Positions 8,066-9,953 of a stretch of 9,953 bases of DNA are shown here, one piece after another. Source of the DNA: Octopus sinensis (lineage: Eukaryota); contig NW_021827770.1 in assembly GCF_006345805.1 (NCBI RefSeq), forward strand, positions 1 to 9,953, written 5' to 3'. The notes beneath the pieces are model-generated. The model had not been told where the DNA came from and ran no database searches. It worked only from the letters and a program-made list of their open reading frames with translations. The position numbers and the translations under genes are program-made. How positions within the stretch are numbered: position 1 is the first letter of the stretch; every line of letters starts with the position of its first letter.

Positions 8066-8100
8066 ATATCGACCGGTTTCGCTTACGCTATTCATGATAT
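8066..8100 (-). ncRNA. Relic minimal hammerhead motif lacking C3-U4-G5
   Basis: Minus strand: ATATC ATGA ATA GC-GTAA-GC GAAA CCGG TC GATAT. Helix I is ATATC/GATAT, helix III is the palindrome ACCGGT, and the triplet is GUC. The first three core bases are absent. Confidence 0.45.
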
Positions 8101-8439
8101 TATGGTTTACTTATTTGAATATGTATTTTCTTACTAAGAAATTTTTGTCCATGTGCGAGATGAGATTTACGAGTGAATGACTTCACAAGTAGAAAAATAA
8201 GGGGAGGTGATTGGTTATCGTTATTGTTGTTGTTGTGGGCAACGGAGATAACTATTCAGGTTTCGGTAAGGAGAGGGGAATATATATGTACACACAAAAA
8301 GAATAAGGTTTCGAAAAACTTGTTTAGTGAATGGATTTATGTACAGTGATGTAATCGTGAATTGAAATATGCAAAAAGATAAAAGTTGGTTATGCGTGCA
8401 TATTAAGACGTAATATATATATATATATATATATATATA

Positions 8440-8639
8440 ATGGATGTATATGTATATATTTGTATATATAATAGAAATGTTTCAAATAGAAAATAGAAAC
8501 TACACGTGGAAAAGATATGGAGATGCATATATGTATGTTTATATATGGATGTATATGTATATATTTGTATATATAATAGAAATGTTTCAAATAGAAAATA
8601 GAAACTACACGTGGAAAAGATATGGAGATGCATATATGT
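8440..8639. repeat. Perfect 95-bp tandem duplication (period 105)
   Basis: 8440-8534 is identical to 8545-8639. Confidence 0.95.
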
Positions 8640-8844
8640 TGTTTATATATGTATATATATATGTTTGTATGTAATTATATATAATATATATATATATACT
8701 AATATATATATATATATATATACATACATGTGTGTGTGTCTTCATATCGCATGATATGCTTATTTGCATTTCCTCACAATACTCTCACATGCAAAAACAC
8801 ACACGCAACTCCACCTACAATGTCGTTAGTTTTAGTACTGTTGT

Positions 8845-8930
8845 ATATGCGGTGGTGGTAGTGGCGGAGGAAGCAGTTGTAGTTGTGTTAGTTGTAGCGG
8901 TGGTTGTGGTGGTCATGGTGCTAGCGGTTA
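8845..8930. repeat. Degenerate (GTN/GGT)n low-complexity repeat
   Basis: GTGGTGGTAGTGGCGG...GTTGTAGTTGTG...; it accounts for the poly-Val in ORF 8732-9199. Confidence 0.75.
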
Positions 8931-9064
8931 AGCTGTGCTTTTTAGCATTTACGAATACAAAAATTCTTTACATGCGTATTAGCTTATCTAGTTCTACTGT
9001 TTTATCCCATAAGGAACCACTCTGCAGTTGTAGTTGCTGTGAATATCATCATCATCATCATTAT

Positions 9065-9161
9065 GTACCAGTGAAATTCTGGGTCGATGTAATTAATTGG
9101 TTACCTTCCCCCCCCCAAACTTCAGGCCTTGTGCCTATAATAGAAAAGATTATTATTATTA

Positions 9162-9193
<32 letters not shown>
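9065..9193 (+). mobile_element. 3' half of a second Octopus-type SINE with an (ATT)n tail
   Basis: GTACCAGTGAAATTCTGGGTCGATGTAAT...CCCCCCAAACTTCAGGCCTTGTGCCTATAATAGAAAAG is followed by (ATT)n at 9149-9193. It resembles the recalled SINE end AAGTACCAG...CTGGGGTCGATGTAATCGAC...GGCCTTGTGCC...AGAAA(ATT)n. Confidence 0.7.
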
Positions 9194-9736
9194 GAGTGAG
9201 AGAGCAGTGCATGCCATCAAAGTGACACTGGGGTAAAATATACGAAGCCCAGCATACCCATCATGACTACCCGTCTGATAAAGGTACACCAGGCACATGC
9301 ATCACAACCATATGTGCGCGACATGGTGATCTCATATCAAGATAAACAGCACATGACCTTGCAGGTGGGGCCCATTTAGAATTTCTTCAGGTCGAGTAGC
9401 CCATCCTGCTCAAAAGGTCCCTGAATAAGGGTTGCTTTAGGATGTTGAACGAAAACACCTATGTTTCCAGAGTGAATTATTCAAACTCCAAGAATCCCTC
9501 TCAACACATGCTATGATGCTCCCCCACTACTTCTGCTCGTGATCAGAGATGCACGTATTGTCAGCCACTAAGGGACAATGCTCAACTGGTTAAGGTCACA
9601 ACCTGACAAGCAAATCTGTGGTATTGAGCAGAATATTTGCTGTAGCCCATCTTTTATACCAAGACAAAACAATGTACATGATGGCACTTCCAATCAGTTA
9701 AGATCAGAAGCCATGAGAGCAACTGCCTGGTACTGC
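9194..9736. mobile_element. About 540-bp non-coding interspersed repeat flanked by (ATT)n on both sides
   Basis: Higher-complexity block bounded exactly by (ATT)n at 9149-9193 and 9737-9759. I recall it as a common Octopus repeat, but the class is not determined and it has no coding motif. Confidence 0.55.
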
Positions 9737-9796
9737 TATTATTATTATTATTATTATTAAAGTCAAAATTAAAAGAAGAGTGCCATTGTTATCTAG

Positions 9797-9837
9797 TGAA
9801 CGATATTTCGACATCTCGTGTGTCTTCAACTGGTTCA
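9797..9837 (-). ncRNA. Minimal hammerhead-like motif with two core substitutions
   Basis: Minus strand: TGAAC CAGTTGA A GACA-CACGAGA-TGTC GAAA TA TC GTTCA. Helix I is 5 bp, helix II is 4 bp, and helix III is reduced to palindromic ATAT. The core is CAGTTGA versus canonical CTGANGA. Confidence 0.55.
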
Positions 9838-9917
9838 AAAAATAAATTCAAAAGTGTATCCTCTTTTTTTGTTTTTGATTGATTATATCGTCATTTCTGT
9901 CCTATTCTAACAAAACT

Positions 9918-9951
9918 GTCCGACGAACGGGAACGTGAAACTCTGAGTAAC
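9918..9951 (+). ncRNA. Minimal hammerhead-like motif (U4C core variant) at the window edge
   Basis: GT CCGACGA ACG-GGAA-CGT GAAA CTC-T-GAG TA AC. Helix II has a GNRA loop, helix III is the palindrome ACTC-T-GAGT, and the triplet is GUA. Only 2 bp of helix I are evident. Confidence 0.55.
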
Positions 9952-9953
9952 TC

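Noticed and set aside
7392-8639. Repeat-spacer-repeat units as CRISPR-like arrays
   Set aside because: Each has only two units, the unit lengths are 67 and 95 bp, the context is eukaryotic and there are no cas genes.

Overview
AT-rich, microsatellite-dense animal genomic DNA with no supportable intact host gene. The SINE families present look like ones I recall from Octopus, so a coleoid cephalopod origin is inferred but not verified. The window is mostly decayed mobile elements: an RTE LINE 3' fragment (237-611, -), an R4/Dong-clade reverse transcriptase pseudogene (2447-3388, +), a BovB-like RTE 3' end with a C2H2 finger (3400-3813, -), a Tc1/mariner DD41D transposase with its terminal end (5213-5765, -), and several pieces of tRNA-derived SINEs. 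The most notable signal, which the ORF track does not show, is a cluster of minimal type-I hammerhead-ribozyme-like motifs of the kind carried by Penelope-like elements: 7674-7725 (+), 8066-8100 (-), 9797-9837 (-) and 9918-9951 (+). Hammerhead-like cores also sit in both arms of a 213-bp near-perfect palindrome (5929-6141), which appears to have inserted into the internal (TA)n of a SINE. Two unrelated motifs share a non-canonical CCGA core in place of CUGA. All ribozyme calls come from manual base-pairing and none has been tested for activity.
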